From: Octopus bimaculoides | Taxonomy: Eukaryota | DNA length: 64,000 bases | NCBI RefSeq assembly: GCF_001194135.2 | Contig: NC_068981.1 | Span: 130,640,117 to 130,704,116 of the forward strand | Direction of reading: 5' to 3' | Shown: piece by piece, positions 37,442-50,914 of the stretch | How the letters are laid out: each line of letters opens with the position of its first letter | Position numbering within the stretch: position 1 is the stretch's first letter | Notes under the pieces: generated by a model | Databases searched by the model: none | Seen by the model: only the letters and a program-made list of their open reading frames with translations | Told to the model about the DNA's origin: nothing | Made by a program: the position numbers and the translations under genes

Positions 37442-38174
37442 GATTGCTTCAATTTTAGTATTTTACCCCTGCAAAGTACTCCAGACATCGAACAGTAATA
37501 GTAGAACAGACTGAAATCTAAACTACAGTCAAGTGTCCTTGGTGTTGTGGGCACAATAAACAACGAACTAGACAGTAAAATTTTTTTAAAGAATGTACAG
37601 GACTTGCAAAAACATCTTTCTATAACAACATGCAACCTTCTAAAGTTTCATTTTATTAAGTACTCGGCTTGAGTGAATTATTTTTAGTTATAAAACGTTA
37701 AGTGCAGAGTTTAGTTTTGATAAAATAAGTACAAGCTACAGTATTCTGAGAAGTCAGTGAAATTGTGTTAAGGGTAAGGGTCACTGCAGATACAGATTAA
37801 ACAGAAGCATTTTTATATGCTTTGCAGATTGTTAAGGAAACTTAAATCAAAAACTAAGGTTATCGCTCTAGAAAGCAAGCCATTTAAGAAGCAAAGTAGT
37901 AAAACAGTATAGGAAACCAACAGGGTCTCGTAGTAAGTGAAAAATAAACAGCATTGAGTCACCATATTTAAAAGTAACGTCAAAAAACAAGGTCACTGTC
38001 AGTGGTATAGAATTTAAGTTATTATGTAAATGAGCAAGCAGTAGAAAATGGGTCAGAGCAGTGACCTAATGCTAAGGGAGAGACAAGAATGCTAAATGTT
38101 TCATGCAAAAAAACCCTTTGCTGTCGGCGAGTGAGAAAGAAAGGAAACAAATCATGTTTATGGGAGCAATGAGC

Positions 38175-38221
<47 letters not shown>

Positions 38222-38440
38222 CATAATACAAAAAATATATATGCATGTATACACACATATATGTACATACTTACATCTACATGTGTATATAGATGCATAT
38301 CAGGGTACAGGACGTTAGAACAATGAACTACAGACAACGGAACGAACACATAGGGAAAAAAATAGCCACTTGGAATTAATCGTTCGTCAGCTGCCTCTTT
38401 TCTAACTAGACGTTTCGAATATATATATATATATATAGAT

Positions 38441-38478
<38 letters not shown>

Positions 38479-39183
38479 TCAATCGCATATGCATGTGTGA
38501 GTATACGTGCGTCTATGATTTGTGTAATACATATATATTTATGAATGGATATGTCTATCTATCTATCTACCCACCCACATACATACAGATACGTAAACGT
38601 ACACTTCGACCTTGTAAGAAAAGTGCTACCTGCTCAACATTGCTGTGGGTGTAGGGCGTTTAACAACCTTAACTAGAACGAAATCGAGGACATAATCGAA
38701 GTCTTCAACACTAACGAAACAATGTTATGAAGATCTATAAATCTGTACATAGAAACAGAAATAAGAACATCTATTAAATTTGAAATTTTCACGGCTCCTA
38801 CCAGTCAACAAAATTATTCTCCCTTCTCTTCGCTTGGAGAAATGTCGGGCTGTGATAAAAAAAACCCAAAGAATTGAAATACTTACAGGCCATCTTGCTC
38901 TTGTCATTAAAGATTTAGTTATCTATATGATACTGAGAGACAGGCATGTGTGTTTTCTGTTATTGTACAAGACTGATACAATCTAACAAAGTAAAGCAAA
39001 ATCATATATATATATGTAAAAATTAACACTTCCTTCTCCGTGCCTAGATTCGAAACCGTTAATAGTTGAACCAGTTATCACTTTGTCATTTCACAGGCAA
39101 ACACATGCCTATCGCACCGACACTAATCAAAAAACATACCACATTTTGGTGACTCCACTATATATATATATATATATATATAT

Positions 39184-40030
39184 NNNNNNNNNNNNNNNNN
39201 NNNNNNNNNNNNNNNNNNNNNNNNNNNNNNNNNNNNNNNNNNNNNNNNNNNNNNNNNNNNNNNNNNNNNNNNNNNNNNNNNNNNNNNNNNNNNNNNNNNN
39301 NNNNNNNNNNNNNNNNNNNNNNNNNNNNNNNNNNNNNNNNNNNNNNNNNNNNNNNNNNNNNNNNNNNNNNNNNNNNNNNNNNNNNNNNNNNNNNNNNNNN
39401 NNNNNNNNNNNNNNNNNNNNNNNNNNNNNNNNNNNNNNNNNNNNNNNNNNNNNNNNNNNNNNNNNNNNNNNNNNNNNNNNNNNNNNNNNNNNNNNNNNNN
39501 NNNNNNNNNNNNNNNNNNNNNNNNNNNNNNNNNNNNNNNNNNNNNNNNNNNNNNNNNNNNNNNNNNNNNNNNNNNNNNNNNNNNNNNNNNNNNNNNNNNN
39601 NNNNNNNNNNNNNNNNNNNNNNNNNNNNNNNNNNNNNNNNNNNNNNNNNNNNNNNNNNNNNNNNNNNNNNNNNNNNNNNNNNNNNNNNNNNNNNNNNNNN
39701 NNNNNNNNNNNNNNNNNNNNNNNNNNNNNNNNNNNNNNNNNNNNNNNNNNNNNNNNNNNNNNNNNNNNNNNNNNNNNNNNNNNNNNNNNNNNNNNNNNNN
39801 NNNNNNNNNNNNNNNNNNNNNNNNNNNNNNNNNNNNNNNNNNNNNNNNNNNNNNNNNNNNNNNNNNNNNNNNNNNNNNNNNNNNNNNNNNNNNNNNNNNN
39901 NNNNNNNNNNNNNNNNNNNNNNNNNNNNNNNNNNNNNNNNNNNNNNNNNNNNNNNNNNNNNNNNNNNNNNNNNNNNNNNNNNNNNNNNNNNNNNNNNNNN
40001 NNNNNNNNNNNNNNNNNNNNNNNNNNNNNN
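39184..40030. other. Assembly gap
   Basis: N-run. Confidence 1.
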
Positions 40031-40084
40031 AGTAAAAATGATTGAAACAAGAGTGTGTGTGTGTGTGTGTGTAAGTATTGTGTG

Positions 40085-40164
<80 letters not shown>

Positions 40165-40819
40165 TGTATGTATCTATGTAATTATGTATATGTACATAGA
40201 GCTTATATACTTACCACACACTCTTTAAACACAATTCAAATCTTAACGTCTCCTCGTCTGCAATTGTTTTTTAGTCTGTGCATAACTAAACTCATTTACT
40301 ATTATCACCCTTCCCTGTCTCTTCGTTTTCGTCACTCTGGTCATTGACCTCTTATTAACGCCTTTTTTTTCTCGTCTGGTTAACACCCTCCTAACCATTA
40401 CCTCTCATCCGAACCCCCTCCTTCCATTATTCAAACCTTTATGCTCAGTGCTTACCATAAACATTAAAATGTCAGTACTCTGATCTCTGCATGGCATACA
40501 AACTTTAGCTAGATTTGCCAATTTTAACTAAATAACTTATACTGACGCAAACCACCAGTAGTTTCCTTGGACTCTAGTTGTTGAAAAGCAATCCAAATTT
40601 AAGAACAGACCACATTATCTGTGTCTTTATAAAGATGGTTGTTAGTTTGTTGAAGGAAATTTGCTTGCTATTTCTAGCAGTTCAAGATGAAATGTAGAGC
40701 CTCCCTCATTGAGGCTATCAAATAGTAAGGAGTTCTGATCAGGACAATTTTAGTTCAGGTATTAATTAGCATGTAATATGCAGATGAGTTGTTTGTAACC
40801 AGACTTTAACTGAAGCAGA

Positions 40820-41034
40820 GTTACCCTTTTGTGCATGAAAATGCCCCAAGCACATCAGATACAAACTTCCAGTTTTGAAGTCATCAAACTTGAAACCTCA
40901 CCTCCAAATTTCATGTTAATTTATATTGAAAATACCACCTTAATAGTCACAAATTTAAATTGCCTTCATTATTTTCAAAATTAATTGAAATAAATGCAGT
41001 ATGTTTCAATTGAAATATGGTAACAAAAGGGTTA
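40820..41034. mobile_element. piggyBac-type MITE, family 2
   Basis: ttaccctttttg...caaaagggtta termini; homologous to 4357-4566. Confidence 0.6.
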
Positions 41035-41226
41035 TGCAAAGTTATAAACATATACAATACCATTTGACAGTGTTTAAACTGGAAACTCTTGTACATATTT
41101 GCACTTCAGATGTGTCAGAGCCCCAGAACAAGCTAAGATAAGAGTTAACACAGCCCACCCAAAACAACCCATTTTTTAAAGTGTTTTTTTTTTTATTTTC
41201 TTTTGGTTTGTTTAAGTGCTTTAAAA

Positions 41227-41894
41227 CAGGGGTTTTCAAACTGTGGTCCGCAAGGACAAGACAGGGGGTCCGTGGACAGCAAATACTTATTAAGGGCAAT
41301 TTGATTTTATACATGTTTTTTAATCGAAATCTTTTAATTGACAATAAACCTATTTGTTAAATACTGTTAAATAAATAAAGGAGTGGCTGTGTGGTAAGTA
41401 GCTTGCTTACCAACCACATGGTTCCGGGTTCAGTCCCACTGTGTGGCACCTTGGGCAAGTGTCTTCTACTATAGCTTTGGGCCAACCAAGGCCTTNNNNN
41501 NNNNNNNNNNNNNNNNNNNNNNNNNNNNNNNNNNNNNNNNNNNNNNNNNNNNNNNNNNNNNNNNNNNNNNNNNNNNNNNNNNNNNNNNNNNNNNNNNNNN
41601 NNNNNNNGACAACCGATGTTGGTGTGTTTACGTCCCCGTAACTGAGCGGTTCGGCAAAAGAGACCGATAGAATAAGTACTAGGCTTCCAAAGAATAAGTC
41701 CTGGGGTCGATTTGCTCGACTAAAGGCGGTGCTCCAGCATGACCGCAGTCAAAAGACTGAAACAAGTAAAAGAGTAAAAGAGTTATTTTAAGCAAATATT
41801 TATGTATAAATTTCATAAGCGTTTATAAGGGGGTCCCTAAGGTAAAGCCTGAAATATAAAGGGGTCCGCAAGTCAAAAAGTTTGAAAACCCCTG
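41227..41894 (+). mobile_element. hAT-type MITE with nested SINE
   Basis: Perfect 16-bp TIR caggggttttcaaact / agtttgaaaacccctg; exact 8-bp TSD ctttaaaa (41219-41226, 41895-41902). Confidence 0.93.
41380..41782 (+). mobile_element. CORE-like SINE (family A), CpG-rich young copy, gap in middle
   Basis: ggagtggctgtgtggtaagtagcttgcttaccaaccac...gactgaaacaagtaaaagagtaaaagag. Confidence 0.93.
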
Positions 41895-42414
41895 CTTTAA
41901 AAAGTGAAATAAAGTTTAAGAAAAAATTAAGATGGAAAGAAAAGGAAAATGAGTGAAAATTATATAGTTATAATTAAATATCAAGGATGAAAGTTACAAT
42001 TATTGGATGCTTTAAGCAAATGTGTGTGTGAGTGTGTCGATTGTTCACTAGGTCATTATTCTGGGTTTCTTGTGTGCATTTTGTTCAATCGACAATAACT
42101 GAATATCTGTTGCCTCAGTAAAATGCATGCAAACAAGAAACTTAGGTGGAAGTGGGAATCATGAACTTTGAATGAATAAGTAAACTCTACCTATTATATA
42201 TGTATTCATTACTTTTTCTCCTGCATGCACAACTAGTGAGTGTGTTTAACTGTTTAGCATTTAAACTGATCATATCTGGCCCCAATTTTCTATTTGTTTT
42301 ATGTTCAAAACAAGCCAGATCCAACCTCTCACACTTACCCTGCAATGTCATTGCAGGGTAGATGTGAAAAACCTTGAAGCTACAAGAAAAGGCTCAAGTG
42401 TTTTATACATAAGG

Positions 42415-42745
42415 GCATGCATGGTATGGTAGGAAGTTTGTTTTCTAACTACATGGTTCAGAGTTCAGTCCCACTGCACAGCATGTAATGCAAGTGTCAT
42501 CTACTATAACGTCGGACCAACCAAAGCCTTGTGAATGGAAGAAGTCTGTCATGTATATATATGTGTGTGTGTATATGTTTGTCCCCTACCATTGCTTGAC
42601 AACTGGTGTTGGTGTGTTTACATCCCCATTATTTAGCTTTTCTGCGAAAGGAACTAGTAGAATAAGTACCAGGCTTAAAAAAAAGAAATAACCTCTTCAA
42701 AAAGGTGCCCCAGCATGGCCACAGTCTAATGACTGAAACAAGATG
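42415..42745 (+). mobile_element. CORE-like SINE (family A)
   Basis: Degenerate head, core and tail (ccccagcatggccacagtctaatgactgaaacaag). Confidence 0.85.
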
Positions 42746-42755
42746 CATGTATAAA

Positions 42756-42795
<40 letters not shown>

Positions 42796-43051
42796 ATGTG
42801 TCAGACTTATGCATGATTTTTAGTTGTAAAATTTAAGTCATAGGAATAATTCATTATGTGCTGTTCTACACCAAAAAAAAAAAAAAAAAGCAAAAATACA
42901 GAAGTAGTAAAATAAATGAAGATGTCATTGATGAAAAAGCGCACCTGAAGTGATGTGGGTTTATTTGTCATCAATGACAATGGAAAGAAAGGTAGGCAGT
43001 AAGTTTCTCAAGAGGATGATAAACAAGGAATAAGAGTGGCATTGCAGTATT

Positions 43052-43161
43052 TTCATTGAGAGAATACTCTACCAGAGTAGTGGAATATGTTCATTGAGAG
43101 AATACTCCATCGGAGTGGTGGAGCACGTTCCTTAAGAGAGAATACTCCACCATAGTGGAGG
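43052..43161. repeat. 38-bp minisatellite, ~3 units, each with an internal palindrome
   Basis: ttcattgagagaatact... starts at 43052, 43090 and 43128; actccacc..ggtggag-type stem in each unit. Confidence 0.8.
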
Positions 43162-43671
43162 CCAGCTATAAACACTAAATAAATGGAAGTTGGTATATAT
43201 TATAACGGTTGATATTGTAATAAAATTGGATGGGAACTATGATTCAACTAGGCATATGAGAATGCTTTAGAAAACTTATCCTGGTTTCTTGTTTTGTATG
43301 AAAAGTAGACTGAATGAGTTATATTTATATGTAACATTGTATTGGTATGAAGGTGCTTAGGGTACTGCATTCTCAATAGAATAAGTACCGGACTTAAAAA
43401 AGATAATTCATTCAGCTAAACTCTTCAAGGTGTTGCCCCAGCATTGCCACTGTCCATTGACTGAAACAAGTATAAGATAGATAGATATAAGGCTGGTAGG
43501 GGCATCTTGGGGAAGAAATTGAGCAAGAGGCTCAATTCTGCACAGCTATCACATTACCTATTAACAAAGATGAGAAAAATCTCACTGAACATGAAAAATC
43601 CATTTTCTGTGAAATTATTTCTTAAATTGAAAAAATTACCTCCTCTTTCAAAGCTACTAACAATACATATA

Positions 43672-44343
43672 CAGACTGTCCTCATTTAACGACCTACCTA
43701 TTTAACGACTACTCGGAGTTACGACGAACTTTACGGGCCGTCATTACATATTTTACAACAATAGAACTTGAGGCGATGGATCCAAATTTTGAGCGATTTT
43801 CCAAGGTGGAAAGGCAGACAACTGAACTTTTCCGATGTTATCGAGAAATTTATGACGAAAAAAAGAAGATAACAAAGCAAACAACACTGACGGGATTTTT
43901 CATGCATTTTGATGTCAAGAATGAGTTGCTTTTGTAATCTTTATCTAAAGTAAAACAAAGTTATTATGTTTGAGTTTCCTTTAAACCTTTTCACCTTTTC
44001 TATATNNNNNNNNNNAGGCATCTTATGTACTGGGCCTGGAATCAAAAACATACTTACAATGTCTGAGCTACAATAATACAGTATCCATATCCTAACTTTT
44101 AAGGTTTTCCTTGTGATAATCTTACTGTTACTTATTCATTTTTCAACAATTTATGTTAGTGATTCTTGGCCCTGTACTGCATACACTTCTTTATACAGTA
44201 CGATATTCTGTTTTTATATGTATGTACAGTACACTATACCTATAAAAGAAAAATATGTACCCTATGAATATTCGTTTAACGACGAATTTGCTTAACGACG
44301 GAGCTGTTGGAACGTAGCTCGGTCGTTAAATGAGGACAGTCTG
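43672..44343 (+). mobile_element. Tigger/pogo-family internally deleted transposon
   Basis: Perfect 23-bp TIR cagactgtcctcatttaacgacc with TA on both sides. It retains the transposase C-terminus EAMDPNFERFSKVERQTTELFRCYREIYDEKKKITKQTTLTGFF (from 43770). Confidence 0.93.
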
Positions 44344-44382
44344 TATATATGTGTTTGTGTATACTCACACACCATTGCTTAA

Positions 44383-44604
44383 CCCTTTAGCATTCAAATT
44401 ACTCTGTCAAATGTAATGCTTATTTATTTGCATTATTTTGAATTGATCATGTAGTATCTTGCAGCTTCAGGATTTCAATAATGTTATTTGTTTACTTTTA
44501 AAATTACATTCTATGGTAGATAGGAAAAGTTGGATTTGGCTGGTTTAAACATAAAACACGTAGAATATTTGGGCTGGATATGGTCAGTTTGAATGGATAA
44601 AGGG
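44383..44604. mobile_element. piggyBac-type MITE, family 1
   Basis: TTAA|ccctttagcattc...ggataaaggg|TTAA. Inverted copy at 50425-50651; partial copies near 20375, 42250 and 53708. Confidence 0.8.
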
Positions 44605-45579
44605 TTAATGCTACCCTTTTTTCATTAAACATGTGGTCATATATTCATGTTACATCGAAACTATTACATATTTTCATTATGCTTGCCATGGCTAAATTTT
44701 TCCATATCTATAAAATGTGAGCTAAGGGAAATAACTTAAGTAGGCCTGTGGCATGATTTCAGATAATCCAGGTAGGTGGTGATGTACTGAATTATATAAA
44801 AAAAAAAAAATTTTTTTTTTAAATCCACCATAAGTTGATATTTTCTCCCACCTAGAAGAAAGATATTCCAATTTACTTTGTAAAAATTGTTAGCAACTCT
44901 CCAAGAGGAAATAATGTTTTTTTGTTAAAAATCAACAATTAATTTCACAGATAATTGAATTTTCATAGTTACTGCGACAAAAATCTGATCTTTATTGATA
45001 GGTAATGTGACAGCTACAGTTATGACAGATGGCGCATGGGTACTGCTGGTAACATGTAGTCTATTACAACTTGTTGCATACTTAGATCAGCAATGACTAA
45101 AGCAGGTACCCCACTCTGCCAGGCTTGCCTGTGAAGAGGGTTGCCAGAAATGCAGGATAAAAACACTACTTGTCAAAAGAATACATGAACCTATCATTGG
45201 AGTCAATGACTCTTAAGCCACAGTATAGGAACTTAGAAATTCTGGATGACTACCCAGAATTTTATGTAAGGACTACAAGGAAGAAGGCACCATTTAGTTT
45301 TTGCAGCTATAGTTCTGCAAATTATATTGATTCTAGAACGTCTATGCTGATGAGAACACGGATGTTATTACCTAAGTAAAACGTTAATGTTCGAAACTGC
45401 AGCCCATAGATAATTCTTTATTCTGTATATTTCTCATTTCGTCCTGGCCTGGTGTTTTTGCGAAATTTTTCTGGAGAACATTATTTTTATTTGTGGTTGA
45501 GTCGTTGATGACCTCTTTCTAGCATATTGGATGTCCACCTAGTGGTCATCCCTTATACACGTGTATATATGTATATATG

Positions 45580-45614
<35 letters not shown>

Positions 45615-45623
45615 ATATATATG

Positions 45624-45662
<39 letters not shown>

Positions 45663-46352
45663 ATATATATATATTATATTATATTATAATATGATTGAAC
45701 GCCACACATTCTTTTCCAAGTAAGTTTTATCTACATATATATACACATATATATATACATGATTTCCAGGTACAGAATGTACTCAGAAGGCCTTGGTCAG
45801 CCTGAGGCAATAGGAGAAAACACTTGCCCAAGGACCCATGCAGTGGGACCAAACCCAGAAGTACGTGCCTATGCAGAAACACACACATTCACATATATAC
45901 ATGTGTACAAATATATATCTATCCATCTATCTATCTATCTATATATATGTACACATGTATGTAAGTGAATGTGTGTGTGTGTATATACATATATATATAT
46001 ATATAGGGAGTGAAGTAACTATGAAAGCCATATATACACATATATATATATAGATAGATGTGGAGTGGAGAAGTTATGAAAGCCATGCACATGCATATTG
46101 TATGGATTTGGAGTGAAGCAGTTTGAAAAACATATTCTATGTGCAATCACATATACACATATACACGCACTATATGTATGTGTACAGCTGCCATGCCCTG
46201 CAATTTTTTAATCAGTTGGTAATATTGGTTATAAAATATGAAACATTGGTGAGTAATTTTCTGGGTGACATAACTGTTATTGCTGCTGTTAGTGATGTCA
46301 GAGGTGTGGGTGCTATGGCTGGATTGTGTAGTAAAAGAGCGGAAGTGTGTGT

Positions 46353-46393
<41 letters not shown>

Positions 46394-46892
46394 GGAGAGA
46401 GAGAAGGAGAGAGAGAGAGAGAGAAGGAGAGAGAGAGAGAATAGTGTAGTAATGGTAGTGTTTGCAATGACAGTGATGTTTGTAGTGGTGGTATTCGTGA
46501 TGATGATGATGATGATGGTGGTTGGGTGTTGTAGTAATCATATTAGCTATAGTAACATTATCATCACTATCACTAACACCATCACCAATAGCAACAGAAA
46601 CATCAGTGAAATTCCTGCAAGAAGCCACATTACTGACACAGACAGACATGACTAACTGACAAGTGGAGTTAATGCAGGAAGCCAGTATAGTCTCTTACCT
46701 CCTTTGTTTGTTTGTTTGTTTGTCTCTCTCTCCCTCCCCCCCCTCCATCTACACACATGTGCATACATTCACATGAACAAAAATGACCAATAGATGGGGG
46801 TCCTTGAGAGCAGGTAAAACATTTTAAGCTAAGAGTTAGACAAAATATATTTATTTAATGAATGGATATATATGTGTGTGTGTATATATATG

Positions 46893-46939
<47 letters not shown>

Positions 46940-47355
46940 NNNNNNNNNNNNNNNNNNNNNNNNNNNNNNNNNNNNNNNNNNNNNNNNNNNNNNNNNNNNN
47001 NNNNNNNNNNNNNNNNNNNNNNNNNNNNNNNNNNNNNNNNNNNNNNNNNNNNNNNNNNNNNNNNNNNNNNNNNNNNNNNNNNNNNNNNNNNNNNNNNNNN
47101 NNNNNNNNNNNNNNNNNNNNNNNNNNNNNNNNNNNNNNNNNNNNNNNNNNNNNNNNNNNNNNNNNNNNNNNNNNNNNNNNNNNNNNNNNNNNNNNNNNNN
47201 NNNNNNNNNNNNNNNNNNNNNNNNNNNNNNNNNNNNNNNNNNNNNNNNNNNNNNNNNNNNNNNNNNNNNNNNNNNNNNNNNNNNNNNNNNNNNNNNNNNN
47301 NNNNNNNNNNNNNNNNNNNNNNNNNNNNNNNNNNNNNNNNNNNNNNNNNNNNNNN
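46940..47355. other. Assembly gap
   Basis: N-run flanked by (AT)n. Confidence 1.
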
Positions 47356-47387
<32 letters not shown>

Positions 47388-47388
<1 letters not shown>

Positions 47389-47600
47389 TTTCTTTTCCTT
47401 GTTCTAGTCATTTGACTGTAGCCATGCTGGAGCATCACCTTAACGGGTTAATCAACCCCAAGACTTACTCTTTGTAAGCCAACTACTTATTCTATCAGTC
47501 TCTTATGCTGAACCGCTAAGTTACGGGGATCTAAACACGCCAATATTGGTTGTCAAGTGACGGTGGGGAGGACAAACACAGACACAAAGAAACACACACA
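47388..47600 (-). mobile_element. CORE-like SINE (family A), 3' half
   Basis: cttgttctagtcatttgactgtagccatgctggagcatcacc...ggttgtcaagtgacggtgggg. Confidence 0.85.
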
Positions 47601-48376
47601 TAAATATATACATACACACACACATATACATACATACATACACACACACATACGTGTGTGTTATTTCTTTACTACCCACAAGAGGCTACACACAGAGGGG
47701 ACAAACAAGGACAGACAAATGGATTTGTTACTGTCATCAATGATGACAGTAACAATACCAACCATAATAATAATGCTAGTGAGAATAATAATGGTGATGA
47801 TTGTGGTGATCCTCACAATGAACAATGACAATTCTATATTCTATAGTGATATCTTAACACATAAAGTGTCTGTCTGAAATCATCAAATAAACACTGACAT
47901 TGATATAGAATATAAAGTCTGAAAAGTAGTAAAAGGAGTGAATTTGAAGTATATATATCAAGAAAAAGAGAAAATGTAAAAAAAAAAAAATTTTAATGGG
48001 CCAATAAGTGGCATTCCAATGTGCTCCCTCGACTTGCTAAAAATAGCAACTGAATTTGTTATATCGCTTTGTATCATCCATGTATAATCATTAGCTATGT
48101 GTATTTATTTGCTGTTATAGTAAGGAAGTAAAACTAAAGTGAGAGGAAAGATGATGTGTTTGTTTGTCCTACATGACTGGAGTAGTAAACAGAAAAAAAA
48201 ATTCAAAGGAGTGAAACAATTAAATGAGAGTGGGTTGCAGTAAGAGGTGTAAAAACAATCAGAGTGGCAGAAAATACCTTCGTAGAGTAATTTATGATTT
48301 AACAAGGGGACACAAATTATCTTCGTTATATATGCATGTTCATGCACATATGTATGTGTATGTATGTATATAAATA

Positions 48377-48710
48377 GGCATGGTTATGTGGTAAGAAGTT
48401 CGCTTCACAACCACATGGTTCTGAGATCAGTTCCACGATGTGGCACCTTGGGCTGACTAAAGTCTTGTGAGTGGATTTGGTACATGGAAACTGAAAGAAA
48501 CCTGCAGTATACATATGTGTGTGTGTGTCTTTGTTCCCCACCACCATTTGACAACTGGTGTTGATATGTTTACATCTCTATAATTTAGCAGTTAAAAAAA
48601 AAAATTAAAAAAAAAACAAGAAGCAGACAGAATAAGTACTAGGCTTAGGTTGTTCATCTGATTAAATTATTTAAGGCAGTGTTCCAGCATGGCAACAGTC
48701 TAATGGCTAA
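48377..48710 (+). mobile_element. CORE-like SINE (family A)
   Basis: ggcatggttatgtggtaagaagttcgcttc...gtgttccagcatggcaacagtctaatg. Confidence 0.87.
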
Positions 48711-49648
48711 AGGCGCAAAATTGTAATGATCTTTTGGACGTTGACTGTTGAAGAATTAGCTACAAATTTTCTGTTTGCTATGTTTTTGTAAAATTTTCCG
48801 TTTGTTGTTTTTGTTAAATCATTGAAATATATATATGTATATATTCTTCTAAAAATCTGTAAATCAGAAAAACTATGCACTCGTATATTTTCAATAGAGT
48901 CACCACATTTTTTCCATACCTACCATTGCTGAAGATCCCATGGTGTTAGTTAACTGACCTGTTGTTTGATATCCAGATATCTAATACTTAGTGTGAAACA
49001 AATTGGTAACATTGACTGAAACATATACATATTTTTGCTACTGAAAGCCATTTTCAGTAATCAATGAAAATATAGTAATTTCTGATAGAAAGGGTACACT
49101 AGTCTGGAATAATAAAAAAAGCACAAAAGGGTGGGAGATACATTGGACAGTGTCTTCTTTGATATACAAAGGAAGTGGATGCTCATGGTTGGAGCAATTA
49201 TGAATCATAATGTTCAACAATGATCTGAATCTCAACAACAGAACAGAAAAAAGTCCAGAAATCTAACCAGAAATGTAAGTACAATACTTCATCAAAAGCT
49301 AAAACCATATTTGTATTGTTGGGATGGCCTGTTTGAATTCTTTGTACCATTATCTCAAAAGACATGAATAGGTATATTACCATCTTGAATGTGACATTTA
49401 CTGCATTTGAGCTTCACATGCAGTGCTAGAAACATTTTTGACTAAGAGAGCAACTACTCTTCACGGAGACACTCATCAATTCGCAGCGAAAAACTCTTGA
49501 CTGACTAACTCTGAACAAATCTTGCTTATCACATGGTAATCACCTCAACAATCTGCAGTATTTTAGCCACCAATAGTAAGCCATCTGTCTTTATGCCTGC
49601 TCCCATGCAGCTGGAGGCAAGAATTCTGTGGCATCTGATCAACATAGT

Positions 49649-49685
<37 letters not shown>

Positions 49686-50424
49686 GCAACAACCTCCTGT
49701 CATTACATCAGCTGCTGTTCATTGTATCATGTTGTTTTGCCATGTTGTTTATTTTTTTCTTTTTTTACTTTTGTTTTCTTTTGTTATTGTTAGTTTTTTG
49801 CAACTGAGAGTGAGAGCTTTGATATTCCTTGCAGCTGTCTTCCTTTGGCATATGACTAGTTGCTGTTTAATGCAGAGTTCAGTATTTAATAGACAAGAGC
49901 ATTTTTCCTTTTTTTTTTTTATATTTTTATTTCAGAAGTCATTGACTTCCAGTTTACACAGAAAACTAAACTTTTATCATCAGAACTGTAAAGAAAGTTA
50001 TATATAAAGAATTGAGAGGTTGACAATGTTTAAACTTAATCTAAAATTAGAAGATATATGATCCAACAAGGAAAGTCTCTACATACTTGCTTGATCTGCC
50101 ACAAACAGCAACTAAATCTCCTAAAGATTACACCCTACCATCAGACAGAAAAAAAAAAAAAAAAAGTAAAAAATGAAGGATACATTAGATAATATAGTCC
50201 TGGATATACAAAAAGGAATAGTTAAAGCTGGCACACCTTTGATTTGAAGTCTACTCAAAGATGGTTAACTTGGGGTATATCAAGTATTCATCATGGACTA
50301 TATAAAATTAGGTGGCACTTTCTAATAACCTTCACACTTAATTTTAATCAGAATCACCCAATATATACATCTGTTTCCCATAGTAATGTGTGAAACTGTA
50401 AATGTCTCTTAAGCCCTCAGAAGG

Positions 50425-50651
50425 CTTTTAGCATTTTAGCACTAAAAAATAAGTTTCCAGCCCCAAATTTTCTGTCTTGTAGTCAGACTAGCCAGATCTG
50501 GCCTCTCACACCTACCCAACAATGTCATTGTAAAATTATACAATCACATCATTGAAATCTCAAAGATACAAGGTAATGCATGATTAATTCAAATCAATGT
50601 GAATAAATAAGTATTACGTTTGACAGAGTAATCTGAATGCTAAAGGGTTAA
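50425..50651. mobile_element. piggyBac-type MITE, family 1 (opposite orientation)
   Basis: Ends ...ctgaatgctaaaggg|TTAA; reverse-complement homology to 44383-44604. Confidence 0.75.
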
Positions 50652-50914
50652 GGGCAAGAACTCAGATCTAGTTTCATGGTATTAAGAGATTGAGAGATAA
50701 AAATCTCTTTTTGGATAGGGCACTAGAGTTATGATGACAGATGGATGACATTCTCAGAAGATCAGGTACCTAAGTGGACAGGTATAGGATTAATGATGTG
50801 CTTAAAGTTATGTGTAATGTACAAAATACACAGTGAAATGCTGGTAATCCAGTATCAATTCCACTCAACTCTTTCACTTCTAGTCTATAATATAATACAT
50901 GTATAGGTGTTGAA

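Larger units (their letters stand above)
30290..40420. promoter_or_regulatory. CpG-retaining domain, candidate promoter / 5' UTR region
   Basis: Hand count: 13 CpG in 32041-32520 vs 2 in 8041-8520. The domain is largely free of family A/B SINEs. Minus-strand donor-like GTAAG sites at 38886, 33128 and 31960. Confidence 0.4.

Noticed and set aside
38380-38420. GAAACGTC and CTGACGA on the minus strand as a type-II hammerhead
   Set aside because: Stems I and II cannot be formed.
45025-45300. Possible LINE 5' end with an HDV-like ribozyme (gggtactgct...agcaggtaccc stem)
   Set aside because: Only a simple nested stem is visible; the double-pseudoknot topology could not be built and the ORF similarity is too weak.
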